DNA from: Candidatus Limnocylindrales bacterium
Lineage (GTDB): Bacteria; Chloroflexota; Limnocylindria; Limnocylindrales; CSP1-4
Assembly (NCBI GenBank): GCA_038319665.1
Contig: JBBQDL010000009.1
Location: forward strand, 1,563 to 65,562
Reading direction: 5' to 3'
Length of the DNA stretch: 64,000 bases
Shown here: positions 9,490-18,338 of the stretch, piece by piece
Layout: the number at the start of each line of letters is the position of its first letter
How positions within the stretch are numbered: position 1 is the first letter of the stretch
Position numbers and translations under genes: made by a program
The notes under the pieces: generated by a model
Told to the model about the DNA's origin: nothing
Database searches by the model: none
What the model saw: the letters and a program-made list of their open reading frames with translations, nothing else

Positions 9490-9720
9490 GGGACCTCCGA
9501 GCGAATGAGGCGGTCGGAGGGGTCGCGAGGAATCGCGAACCCCTCGGTTCGAACGAGTCGAACGAGGGGTCTAGCCGGTGGAGTTCACGGTCCTGCCTAC
9601 CTTTCTCTCGAAGGTTCGAGCATGCACCGTGGAGTCGGCGACCGGACTTGCGCCCCCGAAGGGCGTTCACCGTAGCGGGACTGTGCCGGGATCTCACCGG
9701 CTTCGCGACTCGACGGCGTG
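9490..9720 (-). promoter_or_regulatory. cobalamin (B12) riboswitch with SD-sequestering expression platform
   Basis: The minus-strand RNA reads ...CCGTCGAGTCGCGAAGCCGGTGAGATCCCGGCACAGTCCCGCTACGGTGAACGCCCTTCGGGGGCGCAAGTCCGGTCGCCGACTCCACGG... This matches the conserved GAAGCCGGTGAGAxxCCGGCxCxGxCCCGCxACxGTGA core and B12-box region. P1 pairs 9716-9706 with 9637-9627. Downstream, CCTCCGA (9520-9514) can pair with TCGGAGG, which covers the SD (9500-9494). Confidence 0.8.
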
Positions 9721-9891
9721 TGACAGAAGCTGTCTCGCAAACCGTAGCACAGGGCCGATCCAGCGCGCACCGGCGTGCGGCGCGGTCGCACATAAGCCCG
9801 AGGTAAGGGCCGCGTGCGAGGATCGTTGCCTCGCCCTCCTCCCGCCACTGTCCATCCGCCGGAGGAGGTCAACCGTCATGGTGGAGTCACG

Positions 9892-11037
9892 ATGGCTGCG
9901 TTGGATCGGGCCGGGCGTCGTCGCCTCGGGGCTGTCGGGTTCATCGCATCCACCACATCGGGCGCGGGGCCGCGGCCATGGACGCCCCGGGTCTGCGCCG
10001 GTCCGCCAGCGGAGCGGATCGCGGCCGCCAAGCAGGTGGACGCGCCGACCATTGCGAGCATCCGGGGAGCGCCCTGGTTCCGCCTGGACTCGTTGCTCGA
10101 CGGCGCCGGGGCGCTGCACGGCCAGCGACTCGCATTCGGCCGAGATGGCGACCCGATCGCCCGGACCCTCGATCTGGCGGCCGAATCCTTCGCCGCAGGC
10201 CCGTTCGGTCGCGTCGTCCTCGTCGGCTCGGATGACGGCGCGATGTCCCGGCTAGAAGCGCTCGACGTCGGGTTCGGTTGCTCGTGGTCGATGGCCGAGG
10301 ATCGCGCGGTCATCCGACGCGCGACGATCGATCCGGCCGGTTCGGGCATCTACGAGGCCCGCGTCGACCGGGCCACCCGGGCGGACCTCGGTGTCTGGCT
10401 CCGGCCGACCGACGGTCGGGCCCCCGCGCATCGCGTCCTCCCAGCGCTCGCGCCAGACCCGCGATTCGGCCGCACGTTCTCGACCGAGTTCGCGTGGGAC
10501 CTGGCGGGCGACCGCCTCGCCGTCCAGGCCTGCGGCGAACTCGCCTGTCGAACGCGCGTCGTCACTCCCTTCGATGGGCCGACAAGGACGCTCGACGGGC
10601 CGGATCTCGGGGTCCTCGTCGGCCTCGACGGCGACCACCTGGTGACGTACGAGGCATGCCGCGGCCTCCCCTGCCCGATCGTCTCGAGCGACCTGGCCAC
10701 CGGCGATCGCCGGGTCCTCGCCTCGGCCGCCGGCTTGGCGGTCCTCGCCTCGACGCCGGACGGTGCCCGGCTCGTCCTCGAGGCACCGCTCGGCGGCGGT
10801 CGTGGGCTGCGGTCCGTCGCGCTCGATACGGGCGCGGCGCTGGATCTTGGGCTGATCCCCGACGACCTCCGGCTCCTTCCGTCGGCCGACCAGGCCGCTG
10901 CCGCGACGCGCACGCCGCGTGGCTGGGTCCTCCTGGCCCCAGAGGCGCGGATCCCGGCCGATGGCCACTCCGGCCACCCCCAGCTCCGCCGCATCCCGGA
11001 CGGCACGACCGTCCCGCTCGATGAGGTCTCGCGATGA
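9892..11037 (+). CDS. hypothetical protein, Cys-pair-containing, probably extracytoplasmic (beta-propeller-like repeats)
   Basis: Long ORF with coding-like third-position GC. ATG 9892 has GGTGGAG 5-6 nt upstream. No family recognised. Repeated ...DG..LV... segments and paired cysteines are present. Stop forms an ATGA overlap with the next ORF. Confidence 0.5.
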   Translation: MAALDRAGRRRLGAVGFIASTTSGAGPRPWTPRVCAGPPAERIAAAKQVDAPTIASIRGAPWFRLDSLLDGAGALHGQRLAFGRDGDPIARTLDLAAESFAAGPFGRVVLVGSDDGAMSRLEALDVGFGCSWSMAEDRAVIRRATIDPAGSGIYEARVDRATRADLGVWLRPTDGRAPAHRVLPALAPDPRFGRTFSTEFAWDLAGDRLAVQACGELACRTRVVTPFDGPTRTLDGPDLGVLVGLDGDHLVTYEACRGLPCPIVSSDLATGDRRVLASAAGLAVLASTPDGARLVLEAPLGGGRGLRSVALDTGAALDLGLIPDDLRLLPSADQAAAATRTPRGWVLLAPEARIPADGHSGHPQLRRIPDGTTVPLDEVSR

Positions 11038-11201
11038 TCCGCTCCCGACGCTCGCTGCGTTCCCCGCATCGATGGATCGCGGGCCTTGGCACGCTCGCCG
11101 TGGCCCTGACCACGCTGGTCGGATGGGCCACGGCGCACGCACCGGATCCCATCCTCGGCGGCGCATTCGGGCAGAACCAGGTCCTTGCCTATCGTTGGTG
11201 A
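11034..11201 (+). other. 55-codon ORF encoding only a signal peptide plus about 20 residues; ends at a TGA in frame with the next ORF
   Basis: MIRSRRSLRSPHRWIAGLGTLAVALTTLVGWATAHA/PDPILGGAFGQNQVLAYRW-TGA. Same frame as 11223..12101, only 7 codons upstream of its GTG. Confidence 0.45.
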
Positions 11202-11222
11202 GGAGGCGCCGAGCCTGCGTCC

Positions 11223-12101
11223 GTGATCAAGTCGGCCATCAACGCGGCGGCAGCGGACGCCAATGCGAGCCGCGCGTCCAGGGCCGCAACCTTCAGCTAC
11301 ACCGCCTCGGGGTCGAACCCGATCGGCTACGGGGCAGGCGCCACGTGCGGCGTCAACGGCCTGGCGTGCTTCACGCGTAACGTGCCCAGCGGGTTCACGA
11401 TCTGGCTGCGCGAGCAGGGCCACGTGTTCGACTGGGGGACGCTCAAATGGTGCCAGGCGTACAGCACGGCGCCGAACGGTTGCTACGACGCGGAGACGAT
11501 CACACTCGACGAGATGGGTCATGTCGAGGGTCTCGACCACCACGTCAACCACGCCGACGACTCCGACTACCTCGATGCCGTCGTCCAGACCTACTCACGG
11601 ACGAAGCCGTCGTCGGGCTGGAACGCGCACGCGTTCGGGCGCTGCGACATCGCGACCCTCCAGATGCTGTACGACATGCAGAGCTGGAGCGCCAAGTACT
11701 CGACCTGCCTCGATCTCACGACGGTCCTGACGCTCACGGCATCGCCGACGGCCCTCGTCTCGGGCGGGACCACAACGCTGACGGCCACGCTCCAGGTCTA
11801 CGGCGCCGCTTCGTACCGGCGTCTCGGCGGGAACCTGGTCAGCGGGCGGACCGTGACGCTCCAGCGTCGGGCGCCCGGTGCGACGTCGTGGACGTCGATC
11901 GGGACGATGCCGATCGGTTCGACGGCGGGGACCTACGTCCTTGGCCAGCGACCCGGGGCTGACACCGACTATCGCGCGGTCTTCGCGACGCCAACCACCG
12001 AAGGCATCAACGGCGACAGCTCGGCCACGATCCGCGTCACGGTCAGCGGGTGCCCGGGGGTCATCGCCCTCGGAAAACGTCCGTACGTCGTGTGTTCCTG
12101 A
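11223..12101 (+). CDS. metzincin-like domain protein with C-terminal Ig-like domain; probably the body of a gene interrupted at 11199
   Basis: DEMGHVEGLDH (11508-11540) fits xExxHxxGxxH of zinc metzincins with Asp in place of the first His. The C-terminal TLTASPTALVSGGTTTLTATL...TVTLQRR...YRAVF looks like a bacterial Ig-like fold. No signal peptide of its own. Confidence 0.6.
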   Translation: MIKSAINAAAADANASRASRAATFSYTASGSNPIGYGAGATCGVNGLACFTRNVPSGFTIWLREQGHVFDWGTLKWCQAYSTAPNGCYDAETITLDEMGHVEGLDHHVNHADDSDYLDAVVQTYSRTKPSSGWNAHAFGRCDIATLQMLYDMQSWSAKYSTCLDLTTVLTLTASPTALVSGGTTTLTATLQVYGAASYRRLGGNLVSGRTVTLQRRAPGATSWTSIGTMPIGSTAGTYVLGQRPGADTDYRAVFATPTTEGINGDSSATIRVTVSGCPGVIALGKRPYVVCS

Positions 12102-12121
12102 CCATGGAAGGAGGTCGATCC

Positions 12122-12655
12122 GTGCCCGCTCGGTCCCTCTGGCGGTCGTCCGCGACCGCTGTCACGCTAGCCCTGCTGATGGCAGCCTGCAGCGCCGGCG
12201 GACCGAGCGGGCCGCCTCCGACGGGCCTCGCGTCCGTGGCGCCCGTCAGGACCGCGCGGCCCACGGTCCAGCCGACCGCCGCTCCCTCGATGGCCGAGCC
12301 TCCGGCCGCCTCGCTGGCGGTCGAGGGCGGCGACCCGGTGACCGGCCGACTCGGCTCGTTCACCTGGAACGGTGGCGGCTCGGACAGCCCGTGGCTGCCG
12401 GGCGCGCCCGTCACCGTCGGCACGGCCGAGCGGATGACCGTCTCGTTCGCCACGGATCCCGGCGTCGCCGGCTGGACCGCCAGACGTGCGGCGGCAGGAA
12501 CGTCCGACGCCGCCGACGCGGTCGGACTGGGCCAGGGCGCAATACCAGTCACGTTCAGCCCGCCCCCGCCCGGGACCTGGTCGGTCCAGGTGACGGTCCA
12601 GTTCGCGAACGGCCGTGGCTCCGCCGCCTACTACTGGCAGGTCACGGTCCGTTGA
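12122..12655 (+). CDS. hypothetical lipoprotein
   Basis: GTG 12122 has GGAGG 8 nt upstream (alternative ATG at 12104). Signal peptide and lipobox: VPARSLWRSSATAVTLALLMAAC. Confidence 0.6.
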   Translation: MPARSLWRSSATAVTLALLMAACSAGGPSGPPPTGLASVAPVRTARPTVQPTAAPSMAEPPAASLAVEGGDPVTGRLGSFTWNGGGSDSPWLPGAPVTVGTAERMTVSFATDPGVAGWTARRAAAGTSDAADAVGLGQGAIPVTFSPPPPGTWSVQVTVQFANGRGSAAYYWQVTVR

Positions 12656-12689
12656 GGTCCGGCATCGGCGTGGCACACTTCCCACGCCG

Positions 12690-13655
12690 ATGCCGAAGCC
12701 GTTCCGCTCCTCCAGCCCGGCACGCCGGCGCCGCGCCCTCGGCGCGGCGCTGATCCTCGCCTCGGCGGTCGCGCTGTCGGCTTGCACGAACCCCGGGGCG
12801 TCCGCCGGGACACCCCCCAGCGGCTTGGTCGCCCTGGTCGGGAACGGCGATGTGACGACCCTGATGGGCTGGGACACGACCGGGACGGAAGGCGTCCCGA
12901 TCACCCTCCCAAAGGGCGGGACGACCTGGATCGCGACCGGGCGGGCCGATGTCCTCGCAGCTACCCAGACCTCGGGCAAGCTCGCCACGAGCGACCCCGT
13001 CCGTCTCGGCAAGACCCTCGCCTGGCGGGCCGTCAAGGCGGTCGTGCCGACCGGGGGCGCCCAGGCCGGCCCCGACTACTTCGCGACCTGGGACCCCGAC
13101 GGCGGCTGGTTCGCCACCCTGGCCGGCGACCTCGTGTCGGGCGACGGCATCAAGGTCGTGCTCATCGATCCGTCGCTCGGGACCGCTCTCGAGATCCCGA
13201 TCGACCGTTCGGTGGTGGCCGCCCCGCCGGCCTGGATCGATGGCAGCCGGCTCGTCATCGTGACCGGCGACGCCGCGGCGCCGATCGCGACCATCGTGGA
13301 CACCGGGAGCGGCGAGCTGAGCGACGGCCCGTCGGGGGCCCGGCTCCTGGCGACCTCGGCGAACGGCCGGCGCGTCGCGACGATGGCCGGCCAGGGCGCC
13401 CCGGTCGTGATCCGCGACACGGCGGGCTGGCTCAGTGGCGACGGATCGTCGATCGCGTCGATCACCCCGCCAAGTGGCTCGACGACGGCGATCGCCTTCG
13501 CGCTCGACACATCGGGGCAGCGGCTCGTCATCGCCTGGCAGGCCGCCGACGGGATGGTCAGCCTGGCCGTCCATGACGGGGGCTCGGATTGGCGCCGCGT
13601 CGGAACGCCGAAGATCGGTAGCGCGAAGGGTGCCGTCGTGGCCTGGCGGCGCTAG
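12690..13655 (+). CDS. hypothetical lipoprotein, TolB-like beta-propeller character
   Basis: MPKPFRSSSPARRRRALGAALILASAVALSAC lipobox. Repeated short strand-like segments with DG/GG turns. Confidence 0.6.
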   Translation: MPKPFRSSSPARRRRALGAALILASAVALSACTNPGASAGTPPSGLVALVGNGDVTTLMGWDTTGTEGVPITLPKGGTTWIATGRADVLAATQTSGKLATSDPVRLGKTLAWRAVKAVVPTGGAQAGPDYFATWDPDGGWFATLAGDLVSGDGIKVVLIDPSLGTALEIPIDRSVVAAPPAWIDGSRLVIVTGDAAAPIATIVDTGSGELSDGPSGARLLATSANGRRVATMAGQGAPVVIRDTAGWLSGDGSSIASITPPSGSTTAIAFALDTSGQRLVIAWQAADGMVSLAVHDGGSDWRRVGTPKIGSAKGAVVAWRR

Positions 13656-13673
13656 GGATCCAGGGGGGAGCCT

Positions 13674-13949
13674 TCAGGCGGTGACGGGCTCCGCGGCGGC
13701 GAAGATCGAGACCTGCGCTTCCTCGGGCAGCATCACGCCGAACACCTTCTGGAGGGTTAGAAGGTGGACGCACGACCCCCAACTCTCGAAATAGTGGCAG
13801 GTGCATCGCCACTGACCGGCGTCGAGACCGATGTGATGGGTGTCGTTATCGCCACGGAACGTGAGCGAGAGACGGTCGATCGTGATTCGATCGAGTTCCC
13901 GCGCGTAGCGATTCGCCTTCTCGACCTTGCCGATCAATGAGCTGTGCAT
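13674..13949 (-). CDS. small SWIM zinc-finger protein
   Basis: ATG 13949 has GGAGG 9 nt upstream. WRCTCHYFESWGSCVHL fits the CxCx(n)CxH SWIM signature. The region is visibly more A/T-rich than its surroundings. Confidence 0.6.
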   Translation of the reverse strand: MHSSLIGKVEKANRYARELDRITIDRLSLTFRGDNDTHHIGLDAGQWRCTCHYFESWGSCVHLLTLQKVFGVMLPEEAQVSIFAAAEPVTA

Positions 13950-14104
13950 CGCGGCGCTACCTCCGTCGCCCGTCTCGGGCGCTCGCGGGGCCGCCGTCCG
14001 GTCATGCACCTCGACCGGTGATGGCGGTCGCGTTGGGTGAAGAGTACACCCATCGAGCCGTCCGAAAAGCGATGAATCCATCCTATTCGGGCATGGTCCG
14101 ACGG

Positions 14105-14485
14105 TCAGGGGGCGCTGGTACCTTCGCGCCCGAAGTCGTCCTCGAGACGGACCACGTCGTCGAGTTCCGGCGTCGAGACCTCCATCAGCTCGGTCCGTTC
14201 GATCGCCTCGTAGCGGTGGATCCGGCCCGTCGGAACGTGGCGGTGATCCCCCGTCACGAGCTCCTCGACGCGGACGGTCCCGGCGTCGTCCTCGAGGTGG
14301 AGTCGCAACCGGCCACTCGTCACGTAGATCGATTCGTCCTTGACGAGGTGCCGCTGGAGCGAGAGCCGCTTGCCGGCCTCGATGACCAGGATCTTGCCGA
14401 CGTAGCGGTCGGTGTGGGCCCAGATGAGCTCATGGCCCCAGGGCTTCTCCACCCGTCTGACCGCATCCCGCGAACCCCTGCTCAT
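14105..14485 (-). CDS. stand-alone cupin domain protein (type II mannose-6-phosphate isomerase-like)
   Basis: VEKPWGHELIWAHTDRYVGKILVIEAGKRLSLQRHLVKDESIYV is the cupin motif found at the C-terminus of bifunctional ManC/PMI. ATGA overlap with the upstream gene. Confidence 0.8.
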   Translation of the reverse strand: MSRGSRDAVRRVEKPWGHELIWAHTDRYVGKILVIEAGKRLSLQRHLVKDESIYVTSGRLRLHLEDDAGTVRVEELVTGDHRHVPTGRIHRYEAIERTELMEVSTPELDDVVRLEDDFGREGTSAP

Positions 14486-15975
14486 CCGCCACGGACCAGG
14501 CGCTCGCCGGCCGCGAGCAGGGCTTCCTGGGTCAATTCGGAGGTCGCCTCGGTGTAGACGCGGACGAGCGGCTCGGTGCCCGACGTCCGGATCAGGAGCC
14601 ACGAGCCGTCGGCGATCCAGAACTTGAAGCCGTCGCCCGTCTCGAGGGGCAATGTCCGGACGACCCGCTGCCCGGCCAGCTCGACCGGCGCCTCGGCCCG
14701 GAGATCGACCAGCAGGCGGCGTTTCGTCTCCGGGTACGCTGCGCGCTCGACATGGACGTCGATGCGCCGGTACCAGGAGGGTCCGGCGAGCTCGTGGAAG
14801 TGTTCGAGGGCGCGTGACACCGGCCAGCGCCCGGCCGCTCGCTCGCGCAGGAAGAGATCGAGGAGCATCAGGTCGGCGTAGACACCGTCGCGCTCGGGCA
14901 GGTGGACCCCGAACCCGAAGCCGCCCGATTCCTCGGCGCCCATCATCGCGCCAGTCTCGATCATCTTCGGCCCGATGAACTTGAAGCCGACCGGGGTCTC
15001 GTAGGTCGGGATGCCGTAGTGCTTCCCCAGCCGCTCGGCCATCGAGGTGTTGTTGATGCTGACGACGACCGGCTCGCGCATGCCGCGGTGCTCGGCGAGG
15101 TAGTACATCAGGAGGCCGGTGACCTGGAGCTGGTGGATGAACGTCCCGCGTTCGTCGGCGGCACCCGCCCGGTCGGCGTCGCCATCGAGGAAGAGCCCGA
15201 GGTCGAATCCGCCGCCGGCAAGGATCTCGAGCGCTTCGTCGATGTTGGGCCGGATGGGCTCGGGGTTGACCCCGCCGAAGTACGGGTTTCGCTCCTGATG
15301 GATCTCGCGGACGCGGATCCGGCCGCCACCGAGGAGGCGCGACAGCCAGCCGCTCCCCGCGCCCCACATCGGGTCGACCAGGATCGAGGCGTCGGCCGCC
15401 CGCAGCGCCTCGAGATCGAGCGTGCTCCGGACATGCCGCTCGTAGCCTTCGTACGGGTCGAACCGTTCGACGAGACCGGCCGCCTCGGCGTCGGCGAACG
15501 GCCTTCGGTCGATCCCGATGCCGCTGTTGGTCGCGAGCCGGGCCTCGATCACGCCGAGGATCTCGGCACCGGCCGCGGCGCCCGTCGGGGCCTTGACCTT
15601 GAAGCCGTTGTCGACCCACGGGTTGTGACTGGCCGTGATGACGATCCCGGCCGCGGCGCCCCGCTCGATCACCTCGAACGAACTCATCTGCGTCGGGACG
15701 GCGTGGACCGCGTACGCGACCGGGATACCGCGCGCGAGCAGGACCTCGGCCGCCGCGATGGCGAAGAACTCCGACGAGAAGCGGCGGTCGTAGGCGATGA
15801 CCACGCCTTTGGCCGCCTCGCCGCGGCCCACCACGTACTCCGCGACGCCATCGGCACAGCGGCGGACGTTGTCGTAGGTGAACTCGTCGGCGATGCGCGC
15901 GCGCCAGCCGTCAGTGCCGAAGACGATGGTCGTCGGCGCGGGCGGCGCCGCCGGCGATGGGCCGCTGAGGGTCAC
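14482..15975 (-). CDS. phosphomannomutase/phosphoglucomutase (alpha-D-phosphohexomutase)
   Basis: FGTDGWR, the active-site loop ITASHNPWVDNGFK, and GDGDADR. Confidence 0.9.
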   Translation of the reverse strand: MTLSGPSPAAPPAPTTIVFGTDGWRARIADEFTYDNVRRCADGVAEYVVGRGEAAKGVVIAYDRRFSSEFFAIAAAEVLLARGIPVAYAVHAVPTQMSSFEVIERGAAAGIVITASHNPWVDNGFKVKAPTGAAAGAEILGVIEARLATNSGIGIDRRPFADAEAAGLVERFDPYEGYERHVRSTLDLEALRAADASILVDPMWGAGSGWLSRLLGGGRIRVREIHQERNPYFGGVNPEPIRPNIDEALEILAGGGFDLGLFLDGDADRAGAADERGTFIHQLQVTGLLMYYLAEHRGMREPVVVSINNTSMAERLGKHYGIPTYETPVGFKFIGPKMIETGAMMGAEESGGFGFGVHLPERDGVYADLMLLDLFLRERAAGRWPVSRALEHFHELAGPSWYRRIDVHVERAAYPETKRRLLVDLRAEAPVELAGQRVVRTLPLETGDGFKFWIADGSWLLIRTSGTEPLVRVYTEATSELTQEALLAAGERLVRGG

Positions 15976-15976
15976 G

Positions 15977-17032
15977 TCAGGCCTCGGGTTCGGCGCATCG
16001 TTCGAGGAGCTGCTCGACGAGGGTCCGGTCCGGGCCCGTCCCGCGCAGGACCGCGATGGGCTGCGCGGCGGTCATCCTACCCTGCTCGAGTGGCGCGATG
16101 ACCCCAAGCCGATCTCCGATCCGCCGGACGATGAGGTCGTCGCGTTCGACCTGGACGGTCTCGCCGGCCTGGACGACCGCGCCGCTGCCGCGCGCCCCGA
16201 GCGCTGCCAGGAGCGCGGTCCACGACCCGAGGTCCGACCAGCCCACGTCCATCGAGGCCATGACCACCTGGCCGCTCTGGGCGGCACCTTCCATCACGGC
16301 GTAGTCGATCGAGATCGGGCGCTGGATCGCCTCGTAGGCACGCTCGAGGCTGGTCGGCGTCCCGGCCATCGGGCCAAGCGACTGGAGGAGGCCGGTGTAG
16401 CGCCCGAGGGCCGCGGTGATCGCCCGGCGCCGCCACAGGAATATGCCCGCGTTCCACGCCACGCCTTCCTGCTTCGCAAGCTCCTCGGCCCGGGCGGGCT
16501 TTGGCTTCTCCTCGAAGCGGACGAGCGGGTAGGCACGCAGGCCCCGGTTCGTCTCGCCGCGGGCCAGGTCCGGGATGAGGTAGCCGTACTCCGTCGCGGG
16601 CCGGTCGACCTGCGTGCCGAGGGTGACGAGCGGATCCTCGACGCCGAACGACCCGACCGCCAGGTGCTCGGCCCGGCGGAGGACGTCGCGAAAGACCTCC
16701 CCTTGCTCGACCGTCTGGTCGGCCGGCAGGACGAGCATCACCTCGTCCTCGTGGCGATCGATGACGAGCGCCGCCAGCGCGATCGCGGCCGCCGTGTTCC
16801 GCCCGAGCGGCTCGACGACGATCGCGGCGGTCGGCACCTGCTCGCGGACGAGCCGCTCGTAGCGCCGGTCGGTGACGACCGTCACGTCGTCGGTCAGCCC
16901 GGCCACGCGCTGGACCGTCCGCTGGAGGAGCGACTGGTCGTCGAGCAGCGGTAGGAAGGGCTTGGGGCGCTCGGGTCGGCTGAGCGGATGGAGGCGGGTG
17001 CCGCCCCCACCGGCCAGGATCACGGCGTACAT
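15977..17032 (-). CDS. mannose-1-phosphate guanylyltransferase (NTP-transferase domain only)
   Basis: MYAVILAGGGGTRLHPLSRPERPKPFLPL nucleotidyl-transferase signature. 351 aa, with no cupin domain. Confidence 0.85.
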   Translation of the reverse strand: MYAVILAGGGGTRLHPLSRPERPKPFLPLLDDQSLLQRTVQRVAGLTDDVTVVTDRRYERLVREQVPTAAIVVEPLGRNTAAAIALAALVIDRHEDEVMLVLPADQTVEQGEVFRDVLRRAEHLAVGSFGVEDPLVTLGTQVDRPATEYGYLIPDLARGETNRGLRAYPLVRFEEKPKPARAEELAKQEGVAWNAGIFLWRRRAITAALGRYTGLLQSLGPMAGTPTSLERAYEAIQRPISIDYAVMEGAAQSGQVVMASMDVGWSDLGSWTALLAALGARGSGAVVQAGETVQVERDDLIVRRIGDRLGVIAPLEQGRMTAAQPIAVLRGTGPDRTLVEQLLERCAEPEA

Positions 17033-17081
17033 GCGCCGCTCAGTCTAGGGCGTCAGCGCACCCTGGCGGATCGGCTCGCTG

Positions 17082-18299
<1,218 letters not shown>

Positions 18300-18338
18300 G
18301 GCCCGGAAGCCTAGCACGGCCGCGTCCGGCCGAGCCGA

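Noticed and set aside
9260-9872. ORFs 9260..9793(-), 9345..9806(+), 9578..10255(+) and 9597..9872(-) in the gap upstream of the BtuF-like gene.
   Set aside because: They cover the cobalamin riboswitch and its expression platform. The translations are R/P/S-rich with no coding-like periodicity, and the conserved RNA motifs explain the sequence.
11199-11201. The in-frame TGA as selenocysteine or as a reassigned sense codon.
   Set aside because: Many well-supported genes in this window terminate with TGA (for example 2373, 5205, 14482, 26996 and 39265), so TGA is a stop here. I saw no SECIS-like hairpin immediately downstream, and a metalloprotease pro-region is not a known selenoprotein context. 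The readthrough and pseudogene alternatives are kept in the findings.
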